From: an uncultured Candidatus Saccharibacteria bacterium
Lineage (GTDB): Bacteria; Patescibacteriota; Minisyncoccia; Phycocordibacterales; UBA9973
DNA: 64,000 bases
Assembly (NCBI GenBank): GCA_964482735.1
Contig: CAYZYV010000002.1
Coordinates: 22,061-86,060, forward strand
Direction of reading: 5' to 3'
Shown: one piece after another, positions 19,830 through 29,982 of the stretch
Layout of the letters: each line of letters starts with the position of its first letter
Position numbering within the stretch: position 1 is the first letter of the stretch
Program-made: the position numbers and the translations under genes
The notes under the pieces: generated by a model
Told to the model about the DNA's origin: nothing
Database searches by the model: none
The model's input: the letters and a program-made list of their open reading frames with translations, nothing else

Positions 19830-20060
19830 AGGTCGAGCTAAGAAATAATCCAAACAAATATGCTTATGAATTTTTCATAAACATTAATTTGACCTCGAAT
19901 ATACTCTTGTCTCATAGATCCAATTACTCCACTAGAGCAGTTGTTTACTTCATCTTATAGAGAGGAAAACTCTTTTATTACCTCATCATCTAACTTTGCC
20001 AAGATTTCTTTTTTATTTTTCATGTCAGCACGTTTTTTACAATCGTATTACTCATAAAGC

Positions 20061-20105
20061 TAAAAGTCAATAAAATCCGCTTTAAGCGGATTTTATTGAC
20101 TTTTA
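20061..20105 (-). terminator. Long hairpin terminator after rplU
   Basis: taaaagtcaataaaatccgctt-t-aagcggattttattgactttta. Confidence 0.8.
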
Positions 20106-20462
20106 TTTGATTGATGAGATTTTAACTTCTACAAAAGGTTGTCTGTGTCCATTCTTCTTGTGATAACGACTCTTCTGCTTGTATTTAACTACTGTTACTG
20201 TCTTTCCTTTTCCTGTTCTCTGAAATAGTGATTCTACTTTTGCTCCATCTATATAGGGGGCACCAATAGTAGTATCTTTACCGTTATCTACCAATAAGAC
20301 TTTGTCAAAAACGATCTTATCTCCAGTCTTAAACTCTCCTTCTAATTTTTCTACTTTTATAATATCTCCTACTGAGACTTTGTATTGCTTTCCGCCAGTA
20401 AAAATAACAGCAAATTCCTTGCTTTCTAGATCGGTCTTTTTTGTTTTAGTTGATTGAGCCAT
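20103..20462 (-). CDS. rplU: 50S ribosomal protein L21
   Basis: FAVIFTGGKQYKV, IGAPY, GHRQ. Confidence 0.96.
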   Translation of the reverse strand: MAQSTKTKKTDLESKEFAVIFTGGKQYKVSVGDIIKVEKLEGEFKTGDKIVFDKVLLVDNGKDTTIGAPYIDGAKVESLFQRTGKGKTVTVVKYKQKSRYHKKNGHRQPFVEVKISSIK

Positions 20463-20550
20463 AATTTTAACTCCTAGGGCTTTAAAACCTAGGTAAAGCT
20501 ATAATACACAAAAATTTTGAAAAAAGCAAGCTAGAATGTATAATAACCTC

Positions 20551-21081
20551 ATGATATCAAAGTATAAGAATAATGGGCTTGTTTGGATAGACTTAACCTC
20601 ACCTCAAAAAGAAGAGGTCGTTTATGTTTTAGATGAGTATCAAATACCCGAAAACATAAGGCAGGAAATTTCTAATCCATCAAAAGAACAAAGCACTTTT
20701 ATAGAAAATGACACCTTATACTCAATAGTTAGGCTTCCTCATCCAGATTTAAAAGAAGATGAAAACAAAGTTATTTTTATTAAAAATCAGAATTTTGTAA
20801 TCACTATTCACGATCAACCAATTAATTCCATAGAACAATTTTCTAGTGAATTAGAATTAGATATGCTTATAGAATCAGAATCTAAGATACGGAATCAAGA
20901 ACTATTGTTTGCTAACCTAATAAGAAAAATGTTAACAGGGTTGCATGATAAGATATTATCTAAAGACATGAGCCTAAACTCCCTAAAAAGAAAATTATCG
21001 AAATTACAAAAAAGATTTTGGGTTTCTATTTCTCTCAACCTTATTTTAATAATTTTATCAATACTTACAATTATTTTATGA
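20551..21081 (+). CDS. Truncated CorA-like protein (soluble-domain fragment plus one TM)
   Basis: WIDL..P..EE and F.ITIH CorA N-domain pattern; no GMN motif; ATGA overlap with cysS. Confidence 0.6.
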   Translation: MISKYKNNGLVWIDLTSPQKEEVVYVLDEYQIPENIRQEISNPSKEQSTFIENDTLYSIVRLPHPDLKEDENKVIFIKNQNFVITIHDQPINSIEQFSSELELDMLIESESKIRNQELLFANLIRKMLTGLHDKILSKDMSLNSLKRKLSKLQKRFWVSISLNLILIILSILTIIL

Positions 21082-22457
21082 GTTTAGTTTTATTTAACAC
21101 CTTAAAAAGACAAAAAGAAGAATTTATACCACTAAAAAATAATGAAGTTGGTATTTATTCATGCGGTCCTACTGTTTACAACAAAATCCATATTGGAAAC
21201 TGGAGAGCTTTTGTCTTTTCTGATATGTTAAGGAGATATTTAGAATACAAAGGTTTTAATGTTAAACATATAATGAATGTTACCGACGTAGATGATAAGA
21301 CTATCAAAACATCTCAATTAAAAAGCCAATCACTAAAAGATTTTACAGAGTATTACACTTCCCTATTTTTCAGTGAAAGAGATTTATTAAATATATTACC
21401 TGCTACAAAATACACCAAAGCCACTGGTTACATCAAAGAAATGCTAGAAATCATAGACGAATTATTAGATAAAGGTTTTGCCTACAAGGCAAAAGATGGT
21501 TCCATCTACTTTAACATTCGTAAATTTAGTGATTATGGCAAGCTTTCTAATTTCAATCTCTCTGATTTAAAGAAAAATGCAGATAACCGTTTGAGTAAAG
21601 ACGAATATGAAAAAGAAAATGCCGAAGACTTTGCCCTTTGGAAAAATTGGGTTCCTGAAGATGGTGAAGTTTTTTGGTTGCCTAGTGAGATTTTGGGAAA
21701 AGAAGTTGAAATAGAAAAAGGTAGACCTGGTTGGCATATAGAATGTTCCGCTATGAGTACGAGGAATCTTGGTAACACTTTTGATATACACACTGGTGGT
21801 ATTGATTTAATTTTCCCTCATCATGAAAATGAAATTGCTCAATCCAAGTGTTCTGTCGGAGGTGATTTTGCCAAATACTTTGTTCACAATGAACACTTAC
21901 TTGTTGACGGTCAAAAGATGAGCAAATCTCTAGGTAATTTTTACATACTAGAAGATTTAATTAAAATGGGTATAGATCCAATAGCCTTTAGAATGTGGTT
22001 ATATAGTTCTAGCTATACAACTCGGGTTAATTTTACCGAAGAAGCTGTTCGTAGCACTCAAACAGCACTCATAAGACTTAGAGACTTCATTATATCTTTA
22101 GGTAGTGTTAAAGGAAAAATAAGTGAAGAATACAAAGATAAGTTTATAGAAGCTATGGATAACAACCTAGAAAGTCCAAAAGCCTTATCTGTTCTTTGGG
22201 ATTTGGTAAAAGATAAAAATGTAAACAATGAAAATAAACTAGCAACGATTTTAGATTTTGATAAAGTTTTTGGTTTTGGTTTAGATAAAATAGAAGAAGG
22301 GAAAATTTCTAATGAAGTTATTAAGGTTGCTGAAGAACGAAAAATAGCCAGAGATAATAAAGATTGGGCGAAAAGTGATGAGTTAAGAAATAAAATAAAA
22401 GATCTTGGTTATGATATAAAAGATACAGAAAGCGGATACAAGATAAATAAAATCTAA
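21078..22457 (+). CDS. cysS: Cysteine-tRNA ligase
   Basis: CGPTVY, HIGN, GRPGWHIECS, FPHHENE, KMSKS. Confidence 0.97.
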   Translation: MSLVLFNTLKRQKEEFIPLKNNEVGIYSCGPTVYNKIHIGNWRAFVFSDMLRRYLEYKGFNVKHIMNVTDVDDKTIKTSQLKSQSLKDFTEYYTSLFFSERDLLNILPATKYTKATGYIKEMLEIIDELLDKGFAYKAKDGSIYFNIRKFSDYGKLSNFNLSDLKKNADNRLSKDEYEKENAEDFALWKNWVPEDGEVFWLPSEILGKEVEIEKGRPGWHIECSAMSTRNLGNTFDIHTGGIDLIFPHHENEIAQSKCSVGGDFAKYFVHNEHLLVDGQKMSKSLGNFYILEDLIKMGIDPIAFRMWLYSSSYTTRVNFTEEAVRSTQTALIRLRDFIISLGSVKGKISEEYKDKFIEAMDNNLESPKALSVLWDLVKDKNVNNENKLATILDFDKVFGFGLDKIEEGKISNEVIKVAEERKIARDNKDWAKSDELRNKIKDLGYDIKDTESGYKINKI

Positions 22458-22492
22458 AAAATAAAACCACTCATAACGGGTGGTTTTATTTT
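22458..22492. terminator. Bidirectional terminator between cysS and the pilin gene
   Basis: aaaataaaaccactc-ataac-gggtggttttatttt. Confidence 0.75.
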
Positions 22493-22503
22493 GATGGTTG
22501 AAA

Positions 22504-23340
22504 TTAATTTGCTTCGGCTAGTTTTCTCTGCACTGATTCTTCGGCGTAAAGTTTTTGAATATCGGAAGCAGAAAGAGAGGATGTAAAGATGCGAACATTG
22601 TCTAAATTTCCTTGGTATTTATTATCATATCCTGAACCTATTTTAGTAAGATATTCTGTAGACCCTCCATAGTATCCTGAGTTTAAATCTTTATAACCTT
22701 CTTCCTTTCCATCTATAAAACAAGTTACTTTTTTATTTTCTCTATCGAAAGAAATGGCCACATGGTGCCACTTGTCATCGTTTACTGTTTTAGTAGTACA
22801 ATTAGTCTCTACATAAGAAGAATCGTTGCCTATTAAAAAAATTAAACTTCCTCCGCCTATTCCAAATCGATATCCTAAAATATTTCCTGCGTTATATACT
22901 ATGTATGCTTGCCCGGTTGAAACAATTGTTTTTATCCACATACTAATAGAAAAATTGCTATCCATTATTCCTAATATTTGATTTAGTTTAATATATGATC
23001 CAAATGGGAAATATAAAGATTTTTTTGAAGTAGATGTATCGTATGTTTCGTTTGACCAGCTGGGTGAACCTACAAACACACCGTTGTCATCACTAGATGA
23101 ATTATATGCGATGTTTCCTGTTCCTTCTTCAAATTTCCACTCAGATATCAAGTAATTTCTAGCACTTACTAACTTATTAACTTCAAACATTTTAGCGGTG
23201 CTCATTCTTGATTTCTCTCTTGCGCTACTAAATGCTACAAAAGCTACGGAAGATAATATCCCTATAATCGCGATAACTACTAGTATTTCTACTAATGTAT
23301 ACCCCCTTTGTTTTTTGTTTTCAAAAAGATTAAAAATCAT
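22504..23340 (-). CDS. Type IV pilin-like protein with LamG/ConA-like domain
   Basis: RG|YTLVEILVVIAIIGIL class III signal; W.FEEG.G, D.KWHHVA, G.LDNVRIF LamG motifs. Confidence 0.9.
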   Translation of the reverse strand: MIFNLFENKKQRGYTLVEILVVIAIIGILSSVAFVAFSSAREKSRMSTAKMFEVNKLVSARNYLISEWKFEEGTGNIAYNSSSDDNGVFVGSPSWSNETYDTSTSKKSLYFPFGSYIKLNQILGIMDSNFSISMWIKTIVSTGQAYIVYNAGNILGYRFGIGGGSLIFLIGNDSSYVETNCTTKTVNDDKWHHVAISFDRENKKVTCFIDGKEEGYKDLNSGYYGGSTEYLTKIGSGYDNKYQGNLDNVRIFTSSLSASDIQKLYAEESVQRKLAEAN

Positions 23341-23360
23341 ATTACTATTATAACATTTTC

Positions 23361-23411
23361 TTATAACAAATAAACCACTCTGTATTTCACAGAGTGGTTT
23401 ATTTGTTATAA
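23361..23411 (-). terminator. 23-bp perfect hairpin after dnaJ
   Basis: ttataacaaataaaccactctgt-atttc-acagagtggtttatttgttataa. Confidence 0.8.
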
Positions 23412-24485
23412 TCCTTCTTCTTTTAGTTTTTCTACAAGTTCCCTTTCTTTTTTGGATAACTTTGTTGGAGTGATAATCTCCACTTTGACTATTAAGTCTC
23501 CTCGTCCTAACGCAGAAGGAACTCCCTTACCTCTAACCCTTAATAATTCATTGTGTTTGATACCTTCGGGAATCTTAATCTCTAAATCTTTACCGTCTAA
23601 GCTCTTGAATTTATGAGTAGTACCGAGCAACGAATCAGTTAATTTTATCTTTAATGTCATAGTAAGGTTTATCCCATCTTTTTTGAATAAACTATGGCTT
23701 TTGACTCTTAATCTTAGATATAAATCTCCAGGAATTCCATTCTGAATATATTCTCCACCTTGTGACATTTTTAGAACTTCACCATTTTCAACACCTGCAG
23801 GAATATCTATCTTGATATCTTCTTTTCTATTAACTACTCCATCTCCACGACATCGTCCGCATTTTTCTTCAGGAACTTGTCCACTACCGAAACATTTTTC
23901 ACAAACTCTAGTTGTAGCAAATGATCCCAAGATAGATCTTTTTATCTCTTTTATTTGTCCATTACCACCACAATTCTTACATGTGTTCATTTTTGTTCCA
24001 GGTTTAGCCCCTGTCCCATTACATACATCACACTTAGACTGCTTTTCTATGATAATTGTTTTAGATACTCCAAAAATAGATTCCTCGAAAGACAGATCTA
24101 TTGCCATTTCGATATTCTGTCCTCTTTTTTTTGACCTTCTGTTTGACATTCCACCTCCAAAAAATTCTCCAAAGATGTCTCCTAAATCACCCATATCAAA
24201 GCCTTGAGCATTTTGAAATCCAGAGAAATCAAATCCTCCAAAACCTTGCCCACCATACGCTCCACCACCCATATTTGGGCCAGCAGAACCATATTGATCA
24301 TACATAGCCCTTTTCTTCTCGTCAGATAAGACTTGGTATGCTTCGTTTATTTCTTTGAACTTCTTGTCGTCACCACCATTTTTGTCAGGGTGGTATTTCA
24401 TGGCAAGTTTATGGAAAGATTTTTTGATTTCTTCTTTTGTGGCGTTTTTATTTACTTCTAATGTTTCGTAATAATCTTTTGCCAT
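23406..24485 (-). CDS. dnaJ: Chaperone DnaJ
   Basis: HPD J domain, G/F region, four CxxCxGxG repeats. Confidence 0.98.
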   Translation of the reverse strand: MAKDYYETLEVNKNATKEEIKKSFHKLAMKYHPDKNGGDDKKFKEINEAYQVLSDEKKRAMYDQYGSAGPNMGGGAYGGQGFGGFDFSGFQNAQGFDMGDLGDIFGEFFGGGMSNRRSKKRGQNIEMAIDLSFEESIFGVSKTIIIEKQSKCDVCNGTGAKPGTKMNTCKNCGGNGQIKEIKRSILGSFATTRVCEKCFGSGQVPEEKCGRCRGDGVVNRKEDIKIDIPAGVENGEVLKMSQGGEYIQNGIPGDLYLRLRVKSHSLFKKDGINLTMTLKIKLTDSLLGTTHKFKSLDGKDLEIKIPEGIKHNELLRVRGKGVPSALGRGDLIVKVEIITPTKLSKKERELVEKLKEEGL

Positions 24486-24487
24486 TT

Positions 24488-26392
24488 TTAGTTGTTATTT
24501 TCTTTATTTTGATCTTCTTCTTTTACTTCTGCATCTTTTATATTGTCTTCTGGTTTACTTTCCTCTGTCTTGTTTTCAGTATTTTCTCCAGATGCTTTAT
24601 TCATAGCTTCTCCAATTTTAGACATTTCTGAAGTTAGTTCTTCAATAGCTGTTTTTATTGCAACTATATCTTGTCCTTCTTTTGCAGTTTTAACTTTTGC
24701 TATCTTTTCTTCAATAGCTGTTTTTATTTCTGGACCAACTTTGTCGCCGTATTCTTTAAGAGATTTTTCTGCTGTGAATACCATCATATCTGCAGAATTT
24801 TTTTCATCAGCTAATTCTTTCTTTTTCTTGTCTTCTTCTGCGTGAGCTTCGGCTTCGTCTTTCATCTTCTTGATATCTTCATCTGACAAACCAGAGCTAG
24901 CCTCTATCCTTATTGATTGTTCTTTACCAGAAGCTTTATCTTTTGCCTTCACATTCAATATACCGTTAGCATCGACATCAAAAGAAACTTCAATTTGAGG
25001 AATTCCTCGAGGTGCTGGTGGAATACCATCCAAGATAAATCTACCGAGAGATTTATTATCTGTGGCCATTGGTCTTTCACCTTGAACGATATGAATTTCT
25101 ACAGAAGTTTGATTATCGGCTGCAGTCGAAAATACTTGAGATTTAGAAGAAGGTATTGTGGTGTTTCTTTCAATTAGTTTAGTAGAAACTCCTCCTAGTG
25201 TTTCAATTCCTAGTGATAGTGGAATCACGTCTAGTAATAGAACATCTCGTACATCTCCTTGTAATACTCCCGCCTGAACGGCTGCACCCATTGCAACAAC
25301 TTCATCTGGATTGATTGATCTATTTGGTTCTTTACCAAACAATTTTTTAACAGCTTCAACTATTGCTGGCATTCTTGTTTGTCCTCCTACAAGTATAACT
25401 TCATCAATGTCTTCTATCTTAAAAGGGGAAGCGGAGATTGCTCTCTTGGTTATTTCTATTGATTGATCAATATATTCTTGTGCTAAAGATTCAAGAGTTG
25501 CTCTGGTCATCTTCATTAACAAATGTTTTGGACCACTAGCGTCTGAAGTAATAAATGGAATGTTAATTTCTGATTCTAGCGTGGTTGAAAGTTCGTGTTT
25601 AGCTTTTTCTGCAGCTTCTTTTAGTCTCTGTAAGGCGAGCATGTCAGTAGTAACATCTATACCTGTTTCTTTTTTGTATTCATTAGCAATCCATTCAATA
25701 ATTTTTTGGTCAATATCTTCACCTCCCAAATGAGAGTTTCCGTCTGTTGATTTTACTTCAATCACATCATCACCAACTTCTAGAACAGAAACGTCGAAAG
25801 TTCCACCTCCAAAGTCATAAACAACGATTTGTTCATTCTTTTTCTTGTTGAAACCATAAGCAAGAGCTGCAGCTGTTGGTTCATTGATAATTCTTTGTAC
25901 TTCTAATCCAGCAATTTCTCCTGCGTCCTTAGTCGCTTTTCTTTGTGCGTCATTGAAATAAGCAGGAACAGTGATGACTGCACCAGTTATTTTTTCTCCT
26001 AACTTAGCTTCAACGTCTGATTTAATTTTTGCTAAAATTTTAGCAGAAATTTCTTCTGGTCTTTGCCATTGATCTCCGAGCTTAACCTCGACTCCACCAT
26101 TTGCTCCTTTTTGTATCTTATATGGAGTCATCTTGTCATCTTTTTGAATTTCAGGATCATCGTATAAGTGTCCTACAAATCTTTTGATACCATATATGGT
26201 ATTTTCAGGATTTGTTACTGCTTGTCTTTTTGCTAAAAGACCAACCATTCGATCGCCATTTTTGGCAACTGAAACTACTGATGGAGTAGTTCTAGCTCCT
26301 TCAATATTTTCTATTATTTTTGGCTGTCCACCTTCTATGATAGCTACCGCACTATTTGTAGTACCCAAATCTATACCTATTACTTTACTCAT
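24488..26392 (-). CDS. dnaK: Chaperone DnaK
   Basis: [33 protein letters not shown]. Confidence 0.99.
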   Translation of the reverse strand: MSKVIGIDLGTTNSAVAIIEGGQPKIIENIEGARTTPSVVSVAKNGDRMVGLLAKRQAVTNPENTIYGIKRFVGHLYDDPEIQKDDKMTPYKIQKGANGGVEVKLGDQWQRPEEISAKILAKIKSDVEAKLGEKITGAVITVPAYFNDAQRKATKDAGEIAGLEVQRIINEPTAAALAYGFNKKKNEQIVVYDFGGGTFDVSVLEVGDDVIEVKSTDGNSHLGGEDIDQKIIEWIANEYKKETGIDVTTDMLALQRLKEAAEKAKHELSTTLESEINIPFITSDASGPKHLLMKMTRATLESLAQEYIDQSIEITKRAISASPFKIEDIDEVILVGGQTRMPAIVEAVKKLFGKEPNRSINPDEVVAMGAAVQAGVLQGDVRDVLLLDVIPLSLGIETLGGVSTKLIERNTTIPSSKSQVFSTAADNQTSVEIHIVQGERPMATDNKSLGRFILDGIPPAPRGIPQIEVSFDVDANGILNVKAKDKASGKEQSIRIEASSGLSDEDIKKMKDEAEAHAEEDKKKKELADEKNSADMMVFTAEKSLKEYGDKVGPEIKTAIEEKIAKVKTAKEGQDIVAIKTAIEELTSEMSKIGEAMNKASGENTENKTEESKPEDNIKDAEVKEEDQNKENNN

Positions 26393-26473
26393 ATTTTTTA
26401 AAATAAATTAAATTAATAATGTTTTTAATAAATAAAATTTTTGTAGATGGTTTTTTATTATCTACTCTGAAAG

Positions 26474-26502
26474 ATTATACACCCCAATTATTTTTTTGAC
26501 AA
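26474..26502 (-). promoter_or_regulatory. Sigma70 promoter for dnaK-dnaJ
   Basis: TTGTCA-17-TATAAT on the minus strand. Confidence 0.7.
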
Positions 26503-26560
26503 GTATTTTGCGACCACGAAAATCTTGTAAAATTCTATAAAAATGTTATATTATAAAAGT

Positions 26561-27103
26561 ATGAATAAAAACACCCCTGTCCAAAAGGTTATACTCAAGA
26601 TATTAGCTCGTAAAAACGTTGTTTGTTTTGAGGACTTAAAAAAAGACGTTCTAAATAGCCTTAAAACAGGCTACAACACTAAAACTAAGCCAGAATATGC
26701 TATTTCCCGGTCTATTAAAAATCTTTCAACTGCGGGGCTTATAGAGTGTTTCCAATCTGACAGACAACCATTTTTTAGGTTGTCAGAAGAAGGCCGTAAA
26801 AAGATAAATAACAATGCCATAGATGCCGATAATGCTATTATTTCTAAAAACTGGGATGGAAACTGGCGAGTTATAATTTTGGATTTACCAGAAGACAGAA
26901 AAAACGAAAGGGATGCCTTACGATATCTATTAAAAAAAGCAGGTTTTGTTTGTGTTAAAAATTCAGTTTGGATTTCTATTTATCCGTATGAAAATCTTTT
27001 TATAAATATAAAAAGAGACTTGGGTTTAACAACCGAAATGATAATTATCGTGACAGATAAAATTGATGATATTACAAATAATCATCTGTTAAATAATTTT
27101 TAG
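26561..27103 (+). CDS. PaaX-like regulator (winged helix plus Cas2-like ferredoxin-fold domain)
   Basis: wHTH ending in F.LS.EG; WDG.WR.I..D.PE.....RD.LR..L...GF.....SVW. Confidence 0.8.
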   Translation: MNKNTPVQKVILKILARKNVVCFEDLKKDVLNSLKTGYNTKTKPEYAISRSIKNLSTAGLIECFQSDRQPFFRLSEEGRKKINNNAIDADNAIISKNWDGNWRVIILDLPEDRKNERDALRYLLKKAGFVCVKNSVWISIYPYENLFINIKRDLGLTTEMIIIVTDKIDDITNNHLLNNF

Positions 27104-27729
27104 TCTTCAAACTCAAAAATAGAAACTTTGGCAGGGCGAATGGCCTTATCCCCTATTTTGTATCCAATTTGAAAGATTTCACTTACGTGATGATCTTTTT
27201 CTTTTTCCTTGGTTTTTGTTATTTTTATAGATTCATGGAACAGAGGGTTGAAAGGAATATTTACTTCCTCTATTCTTTCTACTCCAAAACTTTTTAGTCC
27301 GCTCAATAGTTGTTTGTATATTGAAATCATACCTGTTCTCCAGTTCTCATCTACTTTTTCCCAATTTATTTTATCTTGAAAAGCTAGTTCAAAACTATCT
27401 ATGGCAGGAATTAGTTTCTCTGTCATTTTTTCTTTGGTTAAATTAGCAATATGAATCTTGGACAAATCTAATTCCTTTTGGAGATTAATATAATCTGCTT
27501 TAGCTCTTTGCCAACCAGTTAAGTATTCTTCCTTTTCTTTCTGTAATTTTTTAATATCTTCTCTTAATTTTTTAGTAACATCTTTGGTTGGAAGAGCTTC
27601 ACCATCTTCTGTACTAGCCACAATATCAATATCTTCGAATGTGTTTTCAGCCATATTTTCTAACTCTTGACCAAGTTCTTTATTTAATTCTTCTTCAGTT
27701 TTGTTTGTTTCTTTTTTATCGTCATTCAT
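27100..27729 (-). CDS. grpE: Nucleotide exchange factor GrpE
   Basis: QRAKADY.N, F.P..HE, GY......IRPAKV. Confidence 0.95.
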   Translation of the reverse strand: MNDDKKETNKTEEELNKELGQELENMAENTFEDIDIVASTEDGEALPTKDVTKKLREDIKKLQKEKEEYLTGWQRAKADYINLQKELDLSKIHIANLTKEKMTEKLIPAIDSFELAFQDKINWEKVDENWRTGMISIYKQLLSGLKSFGVERIEEVNIPFNPLFHESIKITKTKEKEKDHHVSEIFQIGYKIGDKAIRPAKVSIFEFED

Positions 27730-27742
27730 ATTCTAAGTATAC

Positions 27743-27777
27743 AAAAAACCCAGATTTTTTCAAATCTGAGTTTTTTA
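27743..27777 (-). terminator. Terminator after rpsI
   Basis: aaaaaacccagattt...aaatctgagtttttt. Confidence 0.65.
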
Positions 27778-27780
27778 TCA

Positions 27781-28197
27781 TTATCTTTTTGACCACTGTG
27801 GAGACTTTCGAGCTTTCTTTAATCCGAATTTCTTTCTTTCTACCTGTCGAGGATCTCTCTTTAACATCTTTGCTTTCTTTAGAGGAACGCGTAGTTCTTC
27901 ATCAAAGACAACTAGGGATCTTGCGATACCGTGTCTTACAGCTTCTGCTTGAGCATGAATACCTCCGCCTCTTACAGTTGCTACAACTTCAAATTTTTCT
28001 GTTGGGGTTACTGTTTCAAATGCTCCGGTTACTATTTTTCTAAGTTCAGCTGTTTTAAAGTATTCAATTAAATCTTTATCATTAATTTTGTATGAATACT
28101 TAGAAGCTTTTGTTAGTTTAACAGAAGCAGAGGCAGTCTTTCTTCGTCCAACTGCTCGGTAGTACCCTTTTTCTTTTGTATTTGTTTTCTTTTCCAT
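27781..28197 (-). CDS. rpsI: 30S ribosomal protein S9
   Basis: GRRKTA, GGG..AQA, RDPR..ERKK.G, QWSKR. Confidence 0.98.
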   Translation of the reverse strand: MEKKTNTKEKGYYRAVGRRKTASASVKLTKASKYSYKINDKDLIEYFKTAELRKIVTGAFETVTPTEKFEVVATVRGGGIHAQAEAVRHGIARSLVVFDEELRVPLKKAKMLKRDPRQVERKKFGLKKARKSPQWSKR

Positions 28198-28204
28198 AAT
28201 AATA

Positions 28205-28555
28205 TTAATCTCTTATTGTTAATTTTTTCATTATAAGAGGTCTTAATTTGTTTGCTGGTAGCATTCCATATACAGCTAGAGTATACAATTCTTTCCAACC
28301 TTTCTTTTCTATGATGTTAGCGTTGGACTTGAATCTTAATCCTCCTGGAAAACCAGAATATTTTTCATGTAAAGTTGTAGTAAGTTTTTTCTCTGTAGTC
28401 TTTGTCTTGCTAGCATTTTCTATTACAACTGTAACATCTGCTACTTTGTTTGCTACATAATCAGGTAATTTCTTACCCATAAGAGCCTTGGCTGCTTCAC
28501 TAGCTACTCTTCCAAGCGTCTTCCCTTCTGCGTTAATTGTGTACTTTGTTGTCAT
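28205..28555 (-). CDS. rplM: 50S ribosomal protein L13, C-terminally short
   Basis: LGR.AS, SG.PGG, GMLP. Confidence 0.93.
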   Translation of the reverse strand: MTTKYTINAEGKTLGRVASEAAKALMGKKLPDYVANKVADVTVVIENASKTKTTEKKLTTTLHEKYSGFPGGLRFKSNANIIEKKGWKELYTLAVYGMLPANKLRPLIMKKLTIRD

Positions 28556-28556
28556 A

Positions 28557-28910
28557 TTATATAAATTCAATTAATGCCATTTTACTTGCGTCTCCTTGTC
28601 GACGAGGAAGTTTAACTATTCTGGTATAACCACCACTTCTTCCTTTATACTTAGGAGCTATTTCGTCTATTAGTTTAGAAGCTTCACTTGTAAGATTGTA
28701 CAAGCGAGAAATTACTATTCGTCTAGAAGCAACGGTTCCTAGGTTGGCCTTGGTTATTAATTTTTCTATTAAAGGACGAAGTTCTTTTGCTTTTGCTTCG
28801 GTTGTTTCAATTTTTCCATGAGCAATAAGAGAAAGAGCTAAACCCTTCATAAGAGCGTTCCTTTGATTTTTATTTCTTCCGAATTTTCTAACATTATTAT
28901 GGTGTCTCAT
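28557..28910 (-). CDS. rplQ: 50S ribosomal protein L17
   Basis: MRH, I.TT..KAKE, R.GGYTRI.K. Confidence 0.98.
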   Translation of the reverse strand: MRHHNNVRKFGRNKNQRNALMKGLALSLIAHGKIETTEAKAKELRPLIEKLITKANLGTVASRRIVISRLYNLTSEASKLIDEIAPKYKGRSGGYTRIVKLPRRQGDASKMALIEFI

Positions 28911-28933
28911 ATTATTTCTGAACTTATTACTAA

Positions 28934-29917
28934 TTATTTGAGGGTTATTCCATATTCACCAAGTACTCTTTTGATTTCTTGGATACCCTTATCGCCTATT
29001 CCATCTATTTCAAGCAAATCTTCTTTTTTCTTTCTAGCAATACCACCAACAGTTCTGATATTTGCTCCTGCTAAGGCATTTAGTGTTCTTGTAGAGAGAT
29101 CTAGTGTATCAATTCTTGTTTTTAAAATGTCTGTAATCTCGCTCTCTTCTTTTTCTTTTTCATCTTCTCCGCCTTCAGCTTCAGTATCTCTATTTGAAGA
29201 TACTTCTATTTTTGGTTTTCGAGCTTCTATTTGATGCCCAACAATGGCTTGGAATTGTTCAACCATTATTGTTATTGATTGTTCAAGGGCATCTTTAGGG
29301 GTTATAGTACCATCTGTTTCGATAGTAATTCTCAAACGATTGTGGTTAGTTTTATCTCCAACGCGCATGTCTTCTACATCATAAGAGACTCTTCTGATAG
29401 GAGTAAAAATAGCATCAACAGAAATAACACCAACTTCATTTTTATTCTTTTGGTGTATATCTTTAGGAATAAAACCAAGTCCTTTTTCAACTGTCATTTC
29501 TATAGATAGACTAGTTTTAGCTGTTATTTCAGCAATATATAAATCTTTATTTAAAACTTCAACTTGTCCTTGTACGCTAATATCCCCAGCTGTTACTTTC
29601 TTAGGGCCTTTTACGTCAAGTTTTATCACTTGAGGCTCGTCAGTATTTAGTCGGAATCTTATTTGCTTTAAGTGTAACAGAATGGTAACAACATCTTCCT
29701 TAACTCCATCAATGGTTGAGAATTCATGATCAACTCCATCTATTTTTAGAGAAGTTATTGCAGCTCCAGGCAAAGAAGATAAAATAATCCTTCTCAAGGA
29801 GTTACCTAGAGTGAATCCATATCCAGGATAAAGTCCATCTATTTCGTAAACACCCTTTGTTTCATCTTCTGAAACAATAGTGAATTTTGATGGTAATAAT
29901 ATATTTAAATCAGACAT
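28934..29917 (-). CDS. rpoA: RNA polymerase alpha subunit
   Basis: G.G.TLGNSLRR..LSS.PG, HEF..I.GV.ED, DA.F.P, alpha-CTD. Confidence 0.98.
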   Translation of the reverse strand: MSDLNILLPSKFTIVSEDETKGVYEIDGLYPGYGFTLGNSLRRIILSSLPGAAITSLKIDGVDHEFSTIDGVKEDVVTILLHLKQIRFRLNTDEPQVIKLDVKGPKKVTAGDISVQGQVEVLNKDLYIAEITAKTSLSIEMTVEKGLGFIPKDIHQKNKNEVGVISVDAIFTPIRRVSYDVEDMRVGDKTNHNRLRITIETDGTITPKDALEQSITIMVEQFQAIVGHQIEARKPKIEVSSNRDTEAEGGEDEKEKEESEITDILKTRIDTLDLSTRTLNALAGANIRTVGGIARKKKEDLLEIDGIGDKGIQEIKRVLGEYGITLK

Positions 29918-29982
29918 AGTTATATGATGCTAGAGAACAAAAAGTCCTCAAATTATTTATAAAAATTAACCATATGCTATTC

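Noticed and set aside
26393-26560. CIRCE operator upstream of dnaK
   Set aside because: No TTAGCACTC-N9-GAGTGCTAA match seen here or upstream of grpE.
26561-27103. CRISPR-Cas locus suggested by the Cas2-like domain
   Set aside because: No cas1, other cas genes or repeat-spacer array; the architecture is PaaX-like.
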